Source: Opitutales bacterium (GTDB lineage: Bacteria; Verrucomicrobiota; Verrucomicrobiia; Opitutales; PNEW01). Taken from it: a DNA stretch of 64,000 nucleotides. The notes beneath the pieces were generated by a model. That model worked only from the letters and a program-made list of their open reading frames with translations, made no database searches and was not told where the DNA came from. Shown in pieces: positions 62,870 through 64,000 of the stretch; positions within the stretch are counted from its first letter, which is position 1; each line of letters begins with the position of its first letter. The position numbers and the translations under genes are program-made. The DNA lies in NCBI GenBank assembly GCA_965197745.1, contig CBDANS010000006.1:96001-160000 (forward strand), in the 5' to 3' direction.

Positions 62870-63925
62870 TTGACACAACCTGCCCCCTCTTTTCTTCACT
62901 TAAAAATCTGTCAGCTAAACTTATGTTCCGTGAATAGACTGAAACTACATTCTGTTGATCATATCTCCGATGACTACATAGTTGAATTAATTCTGCGGGT
63001 ATATAGGAAAGAGCCCAAGCAGGTTCAGCGTATCAGTGAGGGTGCATTCGGCCTGATTTACAAGGTCTTGATTTCAGAAGAAGAAGGTTTTGTTGTCGTT
63101 AAGCTTTTTAAGTATTCAGATATAGGACAGTGTGAGAAGGAATGTCTTGAAGCACTAAAAATCCATTTGGGTAATCGTGTTAAGGTGCCGTCCGTAATCC
63201 ATTATGAACCGTATAACACTGAATTCAGTATTGAAGAAACTATTATCATGGAGTTTATCCCGGGAATAGAGGGGCGAAAATTAACAAATGATGAATTATT
63301 GAACCAGAAGCAGATTCCAATATTTCGAAACAATATGCTTTCAGTGTTGAAATTGCTTTCTCAGGTAACTCATCCCGAGGGGTTCGGGTCACTTAAAGGT
63401 CCTTTCTATAAACAATGGTGGGACTATTATGGTCAAAAGGTTGCAGGAATTCATAGAGGTATTGAAATGCAGTTAGAGAAAGATCAATGTACATTGTCTG
63501 AAAAAGTGATCGCAGTTGCTGAGCGATCGATTGGCTTAGGATCTAAAGTTTTTGCCACACATCGGCCTCAACCTGCACTGATACATGGAGACTTCTGTCC
63601 AGGTAATATTCTTGTAGATCCACAATCTTTGGAAGTCATCGGAGTTATTGATCCAATTCATTCGGAATGGGGAGATCATGAACTGGATAGTATACATCTG
63701 ATTAAAAGTAATGGGCATTTATATAAACTGTACGAAGGCTTTAAGGAAGATTATTGTCAGACTCATACTTTGTCCGTTGATGATGATGGATTGCGCCTTC
63801 GTTATTGGTATTATAATTTTTGGGCGTGGCTATCTTATTATGTCTTAATTGACCTGGACGACGGGCCGTGGTACGATCACTGCGCAAAAACTTTAAATAT
63901 AGAGCTAAATCGTCATTTTGATTAA
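62870..63925 (+). CDS. APH/fructosamine-kinase-like phosphotransferase
   Basis: EGAFG..Y, VVKLF, MEFIPG, LIHGDFCPGNIL, VIDP...WGD.E.D; start uncertain. Confidence 0.85.
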   Translation: MTQPAPSFLHLKICQLNLCSVNRLKLHSVDHISDDYIVELILRVYRKEPKQVQRISEGAFGLIYKVLISEEEGFVVVKLFKYSDIGQCEKECLEALKIHLGNRVKVPSVIHYEPYNTEFSIEETIIMEFIPGIEGRKLTNDELLNQKQIPIFRNNMLSVLKLLSQVTHPEGFGSLKGPFYKQWWDYYGQKVAGIHRGIEMQLEKDQCTLSEKVIAVAERSIGLGSKVFATHRPQPALIHGDFCPGNILVDPQSLEVIGVIDPIHSEWGDHELDSIHLIKSNGHLYKLYEGFKEDYCQTHTLSVDDDGLRLRYWYYNFWAWLSYYVLIDLDDGPWYDHCAKTLNIELNRHFD

Positions 63926-64000
63926 TATATAATGGAAGGAGAACCCTTTTTATCTTACCCCTTCCCTTACCAGGCGTGGGCCCACTCCATTTCGATCCAT

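Overview
Bacterial chromosomal window, probably from a Verrucomicrobiota/Opitutales-type organism (inferred from protein style, not verified). A few housekeeping genes (HAD hydrolase, mtaB, stand-alone 5'-3' exonuclease) are followed by accessory genes. These include a tandem array of four secreted Ig-domain proteins with variable N-termini and a near-constant C-terminus (10-20 kb), an FG-GAP repeat protein, MscS, many small enzymes (three PhyH-like, sulfatase, sialidase-like, VOC, phosphotransferases), an Hsp70-like protein, an AlkZ-like glycosylase and a type II NADH dehydrogenase. Intergenic DNA is dense with several REP/MITE-like repeat families. Strongest candidate for an undescribed system: three dispersed genes (43611, 53098, 57333) share an N-terminal 'NL..LKKQAK...DAQ..IARE.GF..W' domain fused to VOC or ankyrin modules, and each is preceded by a conserved ~100-nt structured leader with a covarying long-range pseudoknot/kissing pairing. 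Also notable: eight in-frame premature stops (six are TAG), an Ig module inserted in-frame into a neighbouring hydrolase, a leader-peptide attenuator upstream of a RIO kinase, and a lone integron-cassette-like gene. No rRNA, tRNA, CRISPR array, transposase or integrase was recognised.
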